A stretch of 63,648 nt of DNA, counting the filler, from an uncultured Methanoregulaceae archaeon (GTDB lineage Archaea; Halobacteriota; Methanomicrobia; Methanomicrobiales; Methanospirillaceae), in NCBI GenBank assembly GCA_964530035.1. It is 7 parts of 7 records of this genome, joined end to end, with 100 filler letters (N's around TTAATTAATTAA, not from the genome) between each part and the next. Parts side by side here need not be neighbours in the genome. Positions count along the whole stretch, not along the records: positions 36,898 to 45,860 come from CAZGXZ010000104.1; positions 45,961 to 54,785 come from CAZGXZ010000105.1; 5 more parts are not named here. One strand, 5' to 3'. Shown here piece after piece: positions 39,283-49,027 of this stretch. Within the stretch, counting starts at the first letter, position 1, and every line of letters starts with the position of its first letter. The position numbers and the translations under genes were made by a program. The notes under the pieces are model-generated. The model worked only from the letters and a program-made list of their open reading frames with translations, was not told the origin of the DNA and made no database searches.

Positions 39283-41019
39283 ATGAGCAACACATTCTTC
39301 GTGCTGTCTGACCGGGTCTGGCAACCTCTCCCTGGTTCGGAGATTGCAGAGATCTATCCCCTTGTCAGGAAACCTGACGTGACCTGCTCGAATGCATTCA
39401 TTATCAGGACACCAAAGGAACTGGTCCTTGTCGACATTGGTGGTACCCTGGAGCAGGCCGATGAAATCGGGCGTATCATTACTTCCGGAGCGCCCTTATC
39501 TCTCTATGCTGTTTTTACCCACTGTCACATCGACCATTGTTATCCCGCGATATGTGAAACGGAGCTTTCATTCAGTGTTCCACCCGTCCTGATGATGCAC
39601 GAGGACGGTGCGGTAGCTCTTGAAACTGCTGACAGGTCCCGTATCCTAGCAGACCTCTTTGGAAAACAGATCCGGCCTGTCAGAGTCCCTGTACACCTTT
39701 TTGAGGAGAAAAATCATGGGAAAGGGACAGTGAGGACTTTTTTCTGTGCTGGCGACAGTTCCATCACCATCACCCGGGGGGAGCACTGCCTTTCAGGAGA
39801 CAAAAATATCGCAACAGAAGAGATAATGCTCCCATCAGGACTTTTATTGAAGGTTTACCATACGCCGGGACACAGCCCTGACAGCATCTGCATCGGGATC
39901 GATTCGACCATGTTCACCGGGGATCTGTTCTTCGCGACGGCACCCGGTGTTGCCGGCCTTACCGGATTTGAACAGAAGGACCTTCTAAAAAGTATCAGCA
40001 GGGTATCGGCGATCCTGGCAGAGGGAACGTATACTGTTGTCTGTTCGGCACACGGCGACCCCATCCCTCTGCAAACTGCACAGGGAGCCCTCCCCGTCCT
40101 TGAACGGGAGTGCGAGGGGCTTGCTTCAGTCGGTGTCTTTGACCGGGACAGAATGGACGAGTCGCGGCTCCATGCCGAGGAGATCCTTGATGAAGCGTGC
40201 CGCCTGTTCTCCGTTATCGCGGGCCGTATCCTCTCGGTCTGCTACCACCTCGAGGCAATTGAAGAGACCGGCCAGGCCGACCGGATACGGGAACTTCTCG
40301 ACATAGAAAAGATAGAAATGATGCTTGACGATCTCCTTGCTTTCCATGAAGCCTTCCGGGCGGGAGAGAAGCATGACATCCAGTTCATTCTCAAGGCAGT
40401 ACAAATGCTCGGAAAATTCGGTCGGGCCTTTTCATCATCACAGATATCCTCAATCCTCGACCTGCCGCTGGTCAACCGGGCGGTGCGTTTCTTTGACGAG
40501 TTCCTGCAGACTGTCCAGGGAAAACCAATTGAAGCCCGGATGGACGTTGTCGATGTCAACCGTCTTATCGAAGACATGGTCAGGGAATACCAGGCGCCTC
40601 TCTGCAGCGACGAGGACCTCATCGACGCGGCGGAGGATGAAAGCCGGTACCGCGAGGCGATTTCCCGCAGGCTTTCTGACTACGACCGCTTTATAGCTGA
40701 TATTTCAGAATTGCAGCTCGAACCCTCAGCAGGGACCGTGAAAATGGACCGTTTCTTTTTCACCGACGTTCTCCTGTGGATCCTGGAGGATCTCGCGCTG
40801 AATGGTTACAGGAATATCGTTCTTGAAACGCACCGTGATGGAAACCAGGTCATGATCTCGCTGATGGGAGAGCACCCGGGAACATGTTCTGCATTCTGTT
40901 CGGAACGTCGCTGGTGGGCATGGGACAGGAAGGTCAGGTACAGCGGAGGGGACCTCTCCCCTCCAGAATGGGACGCTGAAACGGCCAGGATCAGCATTTC
41001 TCTGCGTTCAGGCACATAG
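39283..41019 (+). CDS. MBL-fold metallohydrolase fused to a helical region and a degenerate HATPase-like domain
   Basis: THCHIDH, TPGHS, TGD, SAHG. C-terminal VDVNRLIE..VKMDR..VLLWILED..GGDL. Confidence 0.82.
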   Translation: MSNTFFVLSDRVWQPLPGSEIAEIYPLVRKPDVTCSNAFIIRTPKELVLVDIGGTLEQADEIGRIITSGAPLSLYAVFTHCHIDHCYPAICETELSFSVPPVLMMHEDGAVALETADRSRILADLFGKQIRPVRVPVHLFEEKNHGKGTVRTFFCAGDSSITITRGEHCLSGDKNIATEEIMLPSGLLLKVYHTPGHSPDSICIGIDSTMFTGDLFFATAPGVAGLTGFEQKDLLKSISRVSAILAEGTYTVVCSAHGDPIPLQTAQGALPVLERECEGLASVGVFDRDRMDESRLHAEEILDEACRLFSVIAGRILSVCYHLEAIEETGQADRIRELLDIEKIEMMLDDLLAFHEAFRAGEKHDIQFILKAVQMLGKFGRAFSSSQISSILDLPLVNRAVRFFDEFLQTVQGKPIEARMDVVDVNRLIEDMVREYQAPLCSDEDLIDAAEDESRYREAISRRLSDYDRFIADISELQLEPSAGTVKMDRFFFTDVLLWILEDLALNGYRNIVLETHRDGNQVMISLMGEHPGTCSAFCSERRWWAWDRKVRYSGGDLSPPEWDAETARISISLRSGT

Positions 41020-41028
41020 ATAACCGAC

Positions 41029-41748
41029 CTATTTTCCCTGCAGGCCGAGGATAGGCAGGAGCTCAGGGAATGCCATGATGGTATAATCCGGTACAACCGG
41101 TGAATTTGTGTTTGATCGGTCGCCATAGCGCGCATAGACTGTTGTCATGCCGAGCCGCTTCGCAGGTTCGATCTCTCTCCTGAGACTGTCTCCCACCACG
41201 CAGACGGATTCAGGAGAGACCTCAAGGGTCTCCGTTGCAAGCACGAACCCCCTGGGATCGGGTTTGCGTGCACCAGCCCGGTCCGGTGTTATAAGGCAGT
41301 CCACCATCTGAAGCACGCCAATCCTGTCAAGGCGGCTCGTTGCATGGAGCGTATCAGCATCCGTTATGATGCCGAGGGATATTCCGGATTTTCTGATGGT
41401 ATTGAGGGTATCCCTGACCCCTTCGAATGCAGTGACGGTATCCAGTTTCACGTCTTCATAAATCCTGCAGGCGTCAAGATAGGCTTCCTCCTCATAAACA
41501 CCAAAATCCTTCATGAAATCCCGGATATTCTCGTGTCCTTCGTACCCGTGGAACCCAAGGATGAAGTAGGAGATCAGGGTATCCCCCGTACCCGCTCCGA
41601 CCCGGATCGCCACGGCATCACATGCAGCATGTTTTGCCTTTGAAAGGTCGAGGAGCGTGTTATCGAGGTCGCATAATACGGCAGCGGGTGGATGAATGTT
41701 GGGGCCTCCCTTGATTGCTGCAACAGGGTTACCTTCGGATAATATCAA
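41029..41748 (-). CDS. HAD-superfamily hydrolase
   Basis: DLDNT, ITD, KPDP, VGDS. TTG start uncertain. Confidence 0.9.
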   Translation of the reverse strand: MILSEGNPVAAIKGGPNIHPPAAVLCDLDNTLLDLSKAKHAACDAVAIRVGAGTGDTLISYFILGFHGYEGHENIRDFMKDFGVYEEEAYLDACRIYEDVKLDTVTAFEGVRDTLNTIRKSGISLGIITDADTLHATSRLDRIGVLQMVDCLITPDRAGARKPDPRGFVLATETLEVSPESVCVVGDSLRREIEPAKRLGMTTVYARYGDRSNTNSPVVPDYTIMAFPELLPILGLQGK

Positions 41749-41992
41749 GGATGAGATCGGAACAGGGTGTTTTTTCCCTCTTTCCTGGGGAAGGCCTGGA
41801 CTATTCTGTGAAAAATGCCCCTTATTCCAGGTAAACCCGGGTTTCTGTCATTCCGTGATGGCGGGGTCCATGCTCTCATGGATATGTAGTGAGCCCGTCC
41901 CCGGGCACCGGGTTTCGTGCTTCTGACTGTGTAGGAACCGCTTGGTTAATCTACGTCAGGATTCCATCGTATAACGTGGAAGGACAAGGCGC

Positions 41993-42646
41993 ATGAAAAA
42001 CCAGAAGCATTCCTGGATGAAAGCGGGCGGTCCCCTCCTGGTACTGGGGAGTATCCTGATATGCGCAGGGATTCTTATAAGAGGGGATTTCCGGGTAATG
42101 AACATCCCCTTGTCGATACCGATCGCACAGCATTATGTTTCAGGTGCATTTGTGACGGGGTGGCTTCTCATCATTGTCGGTTTTATTTTCAACATAACCG
42201 GATTCCTGGCACTGTATGCCTTCCTTGTTTCACGACGCGCCCGTCTTGTCAATGCAGCGGCCCTTGTCCTCACGTTAAGCGGGATAGGTCTTCTTCTTCC
42301 CGCTTTTGGCACATTCGCATTTGCCCTCCCCGTACTAGGAAAATCATACCTCGCCGGACAGACAACGCTGATGGGGGTTGTCCCGGCGATACTATCCGGG
42401 CCCATCGCAACCTACCTCCTGATAGCCGGACTGGTCTACCTTGCAGGATGTGCCTGTTTTGCTGCATCCATCTGGTTTTCTGACCTCATAACCCGCTGGG
42501 TCGGAGTGTTGTTTTTTCTTCATGCACCATTTCTCCTCAATCCCATCAACCCGGCTGTGGAGATCACCGGTGGGATTATCCTTCTTATTTCGTCCCTGCT
42601 CCTCGTCTGGGCAATATACCGGCTGAAAATCATTGTTGACCGGTAA
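41993..42646 (+). CDS. Hypothetical membrane protein (about 6 TM)
   Basis: 217-aa hydrophobic ORF. Confidence 0.75.
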   Translation: MKNQKHSWMKAGGPLLVLGSILICAGILIRGDFRVMNIPLSIPIAQHYVSGAFVTGWLLIIVGFIFNITGFLALYAFLVSRRARLVNAAALVLTLSGIGLLLPAFGTFAFALPVLGKSYLAGQTTLMGVVPAILSGPIATYLLIAGLVYLAGCACFAASIWFSDLITRWVGVLFFLHAPFLLNPINPAVEITGGIILLISSLLLVWAIYRLKIIVDR

Positions 42647-42734
42647 TCACTGCCGGTTACAGGGAAGGGGAAGTGGTTTGTCTTCCCCGTCCTGCCAGAC
42701 CTGCTGAAATGGTTTATGAAAAAGCCCGGACAGA

Positions 42735-43103
42735 TTATGTAAATGCCTTCTTCAAGGTGATACAACCACTTCCATCGGGGTTCTGCCCTACATCTGCCCG
42801 TATTCTGTACATTACCCTCCTCCCGTGCACCAGTACAGGAATCGAGAATAGTACTGTTTTTCCGGCTGAAGCTGAAGCCGCCTCGGAGAAGGCACGCCCT
42901 ATCTGCATGAGCCTCTGGTCCTTGGCGACTCCGTACCGTTCGTATTCAGCAACAGCCTCGTCGAATAGCTGGATGGTCATGAACGTTCCCTGTTCAATTC
43001 CAAAGGGACGCATGCTGTCAGTGATCTCAATAAGTTCACCAGACCCCGGGGCCGGGTTTCCTTCATGATAAGTGCTTTCTTCGTCCGGATTCATTGTGTT
43101 CAT
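42735..43103 (-). CDS. Hypothetical protein, possibly DUF6573-like
   Basis: 122 aa. GELIEIT..G..MT..RL..F..RADVG..DG..ITL pattern, recognised from memory only. Confidence 0.55.
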   Translation of the reverse strand: MNTMNPDEESTYHEGNPAPGSGELIEITDSMRPFGIEQGTFMTIQLFDEAVAEYERYGVAKDQRLMQIGRAFSEAASASAGKTVLFSIPVLVHGRRVMYRIRADVGQNPDGSGCITLKKAFT

Positions 43104-43259
43104 GACAATCAGTCCCTGGTTTTATTTTCACCTGATGTTCCGGTATATTGGATTTATTCTCATGTCCGGGTGTGGCGTGAAAGTGAAAAGGTTGACCCGG
43201 GCAGGGCAATACACATCCGTGAAGGTGATCTAACCAGTCTAGGGAATAACCCGGCTTCC

Positions 43260-44348
43260 ATGATCAATACAGAAATCCAGCGCATCATTATCCACGTGGA
43301 TATGGACAGCTTTTATGCATCGGCAGAGGTCAGGAAAAACCCATCCCTGAAAGGAAGACCGGTCGTCGTCGGGGCTGACCCGAGGGGGGGGAGAGGCAGG
43401 GGTGTAGTCAGTACCTGTTCATACGAAGCCCGTTCATATGGCATCCATTCGGCAATGCCAATCAGTGAAGCATATAACCGATGTCCCCATGCCGTTTTCC
43501 TGCTGCCTGATTACCCCCTTTACACCACGGTTTCCAGCCAGGTCATGGCTGTACTTCATACCCATTCCCAACGGGTCGAACAGGTGAGCATCGATGAAGC
43601 GTATCTGGACATGAGCCACCTGTCAGGTTTTCCAAAGGCCCTGGAGAAGGCCCGGCAGATAAAGAGTGAAGTCCTCGCTGAAACGGGGCTGACCTGCTCC
43701 ATTGGCGTAGCCCCGAGCAAGGTGGTTGCAAAAATCGCTTCTGATTATAAAAAACCGGATGGACTGACCATTATCCTCCCTGGAGAAGAGGAGGTATTTC
43801 TCTCCCGCCTCCCGGTCTCCAGGGTGCCGGGTATAGGGAGAAAGACCTCGGAGGAACTGTCACGACATGGGATACAGACAATCGGTGACCTTGCCTCAGT
43901 CGATGTCCAGGTCCTTATCGGGTGGTTTGGGAGGGGTGCCGTGACGTTGCATCATCTTGCCAGGGGGATCGACGGGCGTGAAGTAGAGGGCAGCGACATC
44001 TCCAAATCGATAAGCCGGGAGGTGACCTTTGACGAGGACACTGACGACCGTGAAGGGATCAAGGTGGTGATAGACCGCATGGCCGAGGACCTTGACCGGG
44101 CACTGGCGGCTGAAGGATGCAGTTACCGGACACTGACCGTTAAAGTCAGGTTCGAGGGTTTCCAGACCCGGACAAAGGCTGTAACGATGCCCCGGCCTTC
44201 ATGGAATACCAGAGAGGCTGCCGTACTTGCAAGGAGGTTCATCGGGCAGATGCTCGACGGAAGGCGGGTGCGCCTCGTAGGAATAAGACTTTCCGGCCTG
44301 GCAAGGCAGGACAAGTATCAGACGGCCCTTTTCGATTTTACCTCCTGA
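43260..44348 (+). CDS. dinB: DNA polymerase IV (Y family)
   Basis: HVDMDSFYAS, CSYEAR, SIDEAYLD, KIASD.KKPDG, VRLVGI. Confidence 0.97.
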   Translation: MINTEIQRIIIHVDMDSFYASAEVRKNPSLKGRPVVVGADPRGGRGRGVVSTCSYEARSYGIHSAMPISEAYNRCPHAVFLLPDYPLYTTVSSQVMAVLHTHSQRVEQVSIDEAYLDMSHLSGFPKALEKARQIKSEVLAETGLTCSIGVAPSKVVAKIASDYKKPDGLTIILPGEEEVFLSRLPVSRVPGIGRKTSEELSRHGIQTIGDLASVDVQVLIGWFGRGAVTLHHLARGIDGREVEGSDISKSISREVTFDEDTDDREGIKVVIDRMAEDLDRALAAEGCSYRTLTVKVRFEGFQTRTKAVTMPRPSWNTREAAVLARRFIGQMLDGRRVRLVGIRLSGLARQDKYQTALFDFTS

Positions 44349-44735
44349 CACCAGCCATGACCGGGCTTTCCCCTCTTTTTCAGGCACTCGACGTGTCTGC
44401 AGGAAGACCTGTGAACCGGTTCGGCTGGTGATCCCGTGTCAATAGAGGAAAACAGCACAAACCTATATCCTGTTTCTGCGAGTTTACCTTATGGGTGATA
44501 TCCTGTCGACCTCCTTTCATCCGGATGGACCGGTTTTCATGGAACCAGGGAATGCTGGCTCTCAATGCCCAATTTTCCAGGTATTCGTGGCAGATACCAC
44601 GATGGTTCGAAGAGGCATGGGAAGAGTACTCCCGGCCCTGGCCCATCAGTCCAGTATCTGCCTGCATTCAGGTCCGTGTGGGCGGGAAACAGGAAAGAAC
44701 AAAGTACCGTTGATGTACCTCCCGGGAGATGAAGC

Positions 44736-45044
44736 ATGCCGTTCAGGAGAAACTGGATAAAGACAAAAAACGCCGGTCCTGACCAGAAAAAAGGCCTGTA
44801 CCATGATCTGAAAAACGAGATAACGAAGGTCAGGGAGCCGGGGGCACCTCCGAACAGGGATCCCTCCACGTTTTCTTCACGGTTCCAGTGTGACCTTTGT
44901 AATGTTACATTTCCCATTAAGGATCTTCGCCAGTGCGTCCTGTGTGGGAGATGGGCCTGCAAGGACTGCTGGACGCCGGACCTTTATGTTTGCAACTCTT
45001 GCCAGGGGATTATCAGGCTCTATCGTATGAAAGGGTCCGACTGA
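44736..45044 (+). CDS. Small zinc-finger protein
   Basis: Four CxxC pairs: CDLC, CVLC, CKDC, CNSC. Confidence 0.8.
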   Translation: MPFRRNWIKTKNAGPDQKKGLYHDLKNEITKVREPGAPPNRDPSTFSSRFQCDLCNVTFPIKDLRQCVLCGRWACKDCWTPDLYVCNSCQGIIRLYRMKGSD

Positions 45045-45156
45045 CCCCCCTCTCATCAATCACCCAGGTAATTGATGTTGTAAAAGGCTTATTTGACTGT
45101 TTTTATTCCCTTTACTGGACAAACACATTCTTATCCGTTTGCAACCCAGTTAACGC

Positions 45157-45705
45157 ATGCGTATCCCGATCATCCTTATTGCCCTCCTGATCGCCACGGG
45201 TTCGGTTGTGTCTGCGGTACCCGACTGGTCGGTGATACATCAGAATAGGGGCATGGTGAACAGAGGTCCGGGGCAGTCATCCTCAGAGATCCCGGATGAC
45301 CTCGTCATCACCCTTCAAAGGACCCCCTGCTTTGGTACCTGTCCCTCCTATAGTGTCGCCCTGTATGGAAACGGGTCGTACGTATTCAACGGCACCCGAT
45401 GCGTGATGGTGAAAGGGCTGAGAAAGGGAACGATTTCCAGGGTATCGGTGAAAAGGCTTGTCACGGAGTTTGGAGCCGCGAATTTCTCCCATCTCAGGGA
45501 CTCCTACGAGGATATGGTTATTACCGATATGCCCTCGGCAATTCTTTCATTCACTGCGAACGGGACGACGAAGAAGGTTATCCATTACCATGGAGACCTG
45601 AATGCACCAGGGATTCTCAGTACTCTTGAGGACCGGGTGGACTCTGCGGTAAACTCACAGAGGTTTATTGGTTCCAGGAAGGACATGCGTTGTATGTCAG
45701 AATGA
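45157..45705 (+). CDS. Exported DUF6438-like protein
   Basis: Signal peptide; LQRTPCFGTCPSY..G; TDMPS. Confidence 0.75.
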   Translation: MRIPIILIALLIATGSVVSAVPDWSVIHQNRGMVNRGPGQSSSEIPDDLVITLQRTPCFGTCPSYSVALYGNGSYVFNGTRCVMVKGLRKGTISRVSVKRLVTEFGAANFSHLRDSYEDMVITDMPSAILSFTANGTTKKVIHYHGDLNAPGILSTLEDRVDSAVNSQRFIGSRKDMRCMSE

Positions 45706-45731
45706 CAGAAGCGAGGATCTCCGGGTCACCG

Positions 45732-45860
45732 TTAGTCCAGCTTGAAACCGTTTCCGGTGAATACTGCGACAAGAAGGTCTCCCTGTCGTACTTCACCCTG
45801 GTAGCATGAGTTCCGGCTGTCCTGGCCGACACAGCGTGCGGTGGCGGTGAGGTCCCCGGT
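45732..45860 (-). CDS. C-terminal fragment of a probable PaaI/hotdog thioesterase (5' truncated)
   Basis: TGDLTATARCVGQDSRNSCYQGEVRQGDLLVAVFTGNGFKLD*. Confidence 0.6.
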   Translation of the reverse strand, partial: TGDLTATARCVGQDSRNSCYQGEVRQGDLLVAVFTGNGFKLD

Positions 45861-45960
45861 NNNNNNNNNNNNNNNNNNNNNNNNNNNNNNNNNNNNNNNN
45901 NNNNTTAATTAATTAANNNNNNNNNNNNNNNNNNNNNNNNNNNNNNNNNNNNNNNNNNNN
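45861..45960. other. Artificial contig linker
   Basis: N44-TTAATTAATTAA-N44. Confidence 0.99.
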
Positions 45961-46406
45961 AAAAGGCACGTCACCCGCTCATGCTCGTTGGCAACCAGGG
46001 GTCGCGGGATCCGGAAGAGGCGGATGAGGCACTGACCGCTGTCCTTTTCCTCGCGCAGAAGGCAGAAATCCCCCTCGTAACATCCGGAAAGGCAGTCCGT
46101 TCCTGCCGGGAACGGGGACTATCGCCTGCAGCGACCATACCTGCAGCTGATTGTGCGAACCGCCTCGCCGACCCGGAATGGGCAGGGGTGGACGGTAAAG
46201 GACCCCATGACCTCGTGTTTCTCATCGGCCTTCCGTACGGCATGGAGTGGACGCTGCTCTCCGGTCTGAAAAACGGAGCACCTGCTCTTGTCACGGTTGC
46301 ACTCGACCGGTACTACCATCCCCAGGCGTCCTGGTCCTTTGAAAACATCTCACACCAGGAATGGCTTGAAATGATGAATGAAACGACCAGGGCCATTGAA
46401 CGGTGA
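45961..46406 (+). CDS. cdhB: ACDS complex epsilon subunit (5' truncated)
   Basis: KARHPLMLVG, W.GVDGKG.HDL, LSGLKN, LDRYYHPQASWSF. Directly upstream of cdhC. Confidence 0.9.
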
Positions 46407-46409
46407 GAC

Positions 46410-47798
46410 ATGACTTCCGATACATTTCCCGTTGAGGTCGGCCTCATGTATGAGGGCGAGCGGATCAGACGCAATGACATGCACCTCGAGCTTGGTGGCC
46501 CTAAGACGGATGCCAAGTGGGAGATCGTCCGGGTGCGTGCTGGTAGTGATGTGGTGGACGGAGAGATCCGCATCCTGGGACCTGACCTTGGTGACCTCTC
46601 CCCGGGTATGAGTCACGCGGTCGGGATCCTCGTCGAGATCTCCGGGGAAAAACTGGAGGAAGACATAGAAGGAGTCCTTGAACGCCGCATCCACGAGTTT
46701 CTCAACTATATCGAGGGCTTCGTCCACCTCAACCAGCGTCACGAGATCTGGATGAGGATATCACGCCGTTCCTTTGAAAAAGGACTCAACTCGTTCAGGT
46801 ACCTGGGCCAGGTCCTGATCCGGCTGTTCAGGGACGACCTCCCTATCATCCAGGCAATGCAGGTGACCTGGATCAGCGACCCTGATAAGGTCCGGGAGAT
46901 GATGGGCGAGGCGGTCAGCAGGTATGAGGCACGAGACGCCCGTGCCCGCGGTCTCCTCGACGAGGACGTGGACACATTCTATGGCTGTGCCCTGTGCCAG
47001 TCCTTCGCCCCAACCCATGTATGCGTGATAACCCCGCAGCGGTACGCGAACTGCGGGGCCATCAGCTGGTTTGATGGAAGGGCTGCGGCCGGCATCGATC
47101 CCAAGGGCCCGATATTCGGGATAGCCAAGGGAGCCTGCCTCGATGAAAACACCGGGGAATACGAGGGGGTCAATGAAACCGCCAGAAAACGCTCGATGGG
47201 CGAGGTTGAGCGGGTCAGCCTGTACTCGGCATTCGAGTTCCCTCATACTTCGTGCGGGTGTTTCGAAGGTATCGCCTTCTACATCCCGGAGGTGGACGGA
47301 ATTGGAGTCGTCCACAGGGGTTTCCGCGGTCCGGCTGTGAACGGCATTCCTTTTTCAACGATGGCCGATTCTACAGCCGGCGGAAGGCAGGTCAGCGGGT
47401 TTCACGGGATATCAATCGAGTACATGCGTTCCTCCCGGTTTCTCCAGGCTGACGGCGGGTACGCAAGGGTCGTCTGGATGCCCGACGAGGTCCTTTCGAG
47501 GATCAGGGACTATGTTCCGGACGGGCTTGCCGACCGGATTGCCACCGAGAACGATGCGGTCTCGGTAAGAGAACTGAAAATATTCCTTGAAAAGAAGGGG
47601 CATCCTGTCACCGTGCGGTGGAAACCTGAACCCAGGGACGAACAGGACGCGGACAGGAGACCGGGAAAAACGGTGCTAAGGCTTTCCGAGCTGCCCATCC
47701 GGGCCGGGGGGATTACCCTGCTCCTGAAAAATGCCAGGATCACTGCTGAGCGGGTCATCATCGAACGAACGCCCGATGATTCACAGAGGGGGAGCTGA
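46410..47798 (+). CDS. cdhC: ACDS complex beta subunit (acetyl-CoA synthase)
   Basis: YEGERIR, CALCQSFAPTHVC, CGAI, HTSCGCFE A-cluster ligands. Confidence 0.97.
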   Translation: MTSDTFPVEVGLMYEGERIRRNDMHLELGGPKTDAKWEIVRVRAGSDVVDGEIRILGPDLGDLSPGMSHAVGILVEISGEKLEEDIEGVLERRIHEFLNYIEGFVHLNQRHEIWMRISRRSFEKGLNSFRYLGQVLIRLFRDDLPIIQAMQVTWISDPDKVREMMGEAVSRYEARDARARGLLDEDVDTFYGCALCQSFAPTHVCVITPQRYANCGAISWFDGRAAAGIDPKGPIFGIAKGACLDENTGEYEGVNETARKRSMGEVERVSLYSAFEFPHTSCGCFEGIAFYIPEVDGIGVVHRGFRGPAVNGIPFSTMADSTAGGRQVSGFHGISIEYMRSSRFLQADGGYARVVWMPDEVLSRIRDYVPDGLADRIATENDAVSVRELKIFLEKKGHPVTVRWKPEPRDEQDADRRPGKTVLRLSELPIRAGGITLLLKNARITAERVIIERTPDDSQRGS

Positions 47799-47800
47799 AG

Positions 47801-49027
47801 ATGAACGGAAGGTCCACACCCCCGGACGAGTCCGAGGCTGCGACCCTTTCCAGGCTCCTCCTGGGACTTCTTGATAAAAACGGGCGGATAGAGATGGAGA
47901 ACGTCACCATTGACATTGCCGAGCTCGAGATTGTCCTTGGGCAGGGTGGATATCCGGGCGGACCGGTAAGCATGGAGAAACCCACTGTCACAAGACCCGT
48001 TTCCCTGCTTCCGTATTCATATACCCCGCTTCACGAGTCGTGGCCCGGGCGGGTAGGGGAGGTGGTGCTGGGGGCGTCGGCGGCCGATGGTGGTTCGCGG
48101 CGTGCTCCGGTTACGATAGGCGGGTCGACCGCCCCGGCGCTTTATTATGCGGATGAAAAACCGGCCGTACCAATCATTTCCCTTGATGTCTTTGACATGA
48201 AGGTACCGATGCCGAAGGCCCTCGTCGGCCATATCGGGGAGGCCCGGAATGACCCTGCGGAATGGGCGAAAAAAAACGTGGAGAAGTTCGGGGCAGACAT
48301 GGTCACCGTTCACCTGATATCAACCGACCCGCTCCAGGGGGACGTCTCACCACAACAGGCAGCCAGGACGGTGGAGGACGTCCTCCAGGCAGTTGACGTC
48401 CCTCTGGTCATCGGAGGGAGCGGTGACCCCGCAAAGGACGCCCGTGTATTCCAGAAGGTCGCCGAGTCGGCCGAGGGTGAACGCCTCCTCTTCAACTCGG
48501 TGACCCTGGACATGGCCAGTGCCGGGACGCTTGGGACGGTTGCGTCCGCAGCACGTGACCATGGCCATGCCGTCCTGGCATTCACCGGGCTTGACCTGAA
48601 CAGTGCAAAAGAGCTGAACCGCAGGCTCTATTCTTTCCTGCCACCCGGGGACATCGCGATGGACCTGACAACCGCCGCCCTCGGGTATGGCCTTGAATAC
48701 TCGTTCACCATCCATGAGCGGGCACGGATGGCGGCGCTCATGGGCGACCAGGAGCTGTCCCACCCGACCGTTTCTGCGTCCACGAATGCCTGGGCAGCCC
48801 GCGAAGCCTGGATGGACCTTCCGCCTGAATATGGTGCGAAGGAAATTCGGGGCCCTATATGGGAGACGGTAACCGCCCTTGCCCTCGTCACTGCCGGCGT
48901 AGACCTCCTCTTCATGATGCACCCGGCGGCGGTCCAGACCGTACGTGCAGTCACTGAAAACAGGCGGCAGATGACTGGTGCGAAGCCTCAGGAGTACCCC
49001 GACTGGGCCTCCGCCAGGATCCCGTGA
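47801..49027 (+). CDS. cdhD: ACDS complex delta subunit (CFeSP small subunit)
   Basis: DPAEWAKKNV, HLISTDP, AALGYGLEY, NAWAAREAW. Confidence 0.96.
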   Translation: MNGRSTPPDESEAATLSRLLLGLLDKNGRIEMENVTIDIAELEIVLGQGGYPGGPVSMEKPTVTRPVSLLPYSYTPLHESWPGRVGEVVLGASAADGGSRRAPVTIGGSTAPALYYADEKPAVPIISLDVFDMKVPMPKALVGHIGEARNDPAEWAKKNVEKFGADMVTVHLISTDPLQGDVSPQQAARTVEDVLQAVDVPLVIGGSGDPAKDARVFQKVAESAEGERLLFNSVTLDMASAGTLGTVASAARDHGHAVLAFTGLDLNSAKELNRRLYSFLPPGDIAMDLTTAALGYGLEYSFTIHERARMAALMGDQELSHPTVSASTNAWAAREAWMDLPPEYGAKEIRGPIWETVTALALVTAGVDLLFMMHPAAVQTVRAVTENRRQMTGAKPQEYPDWASARIP

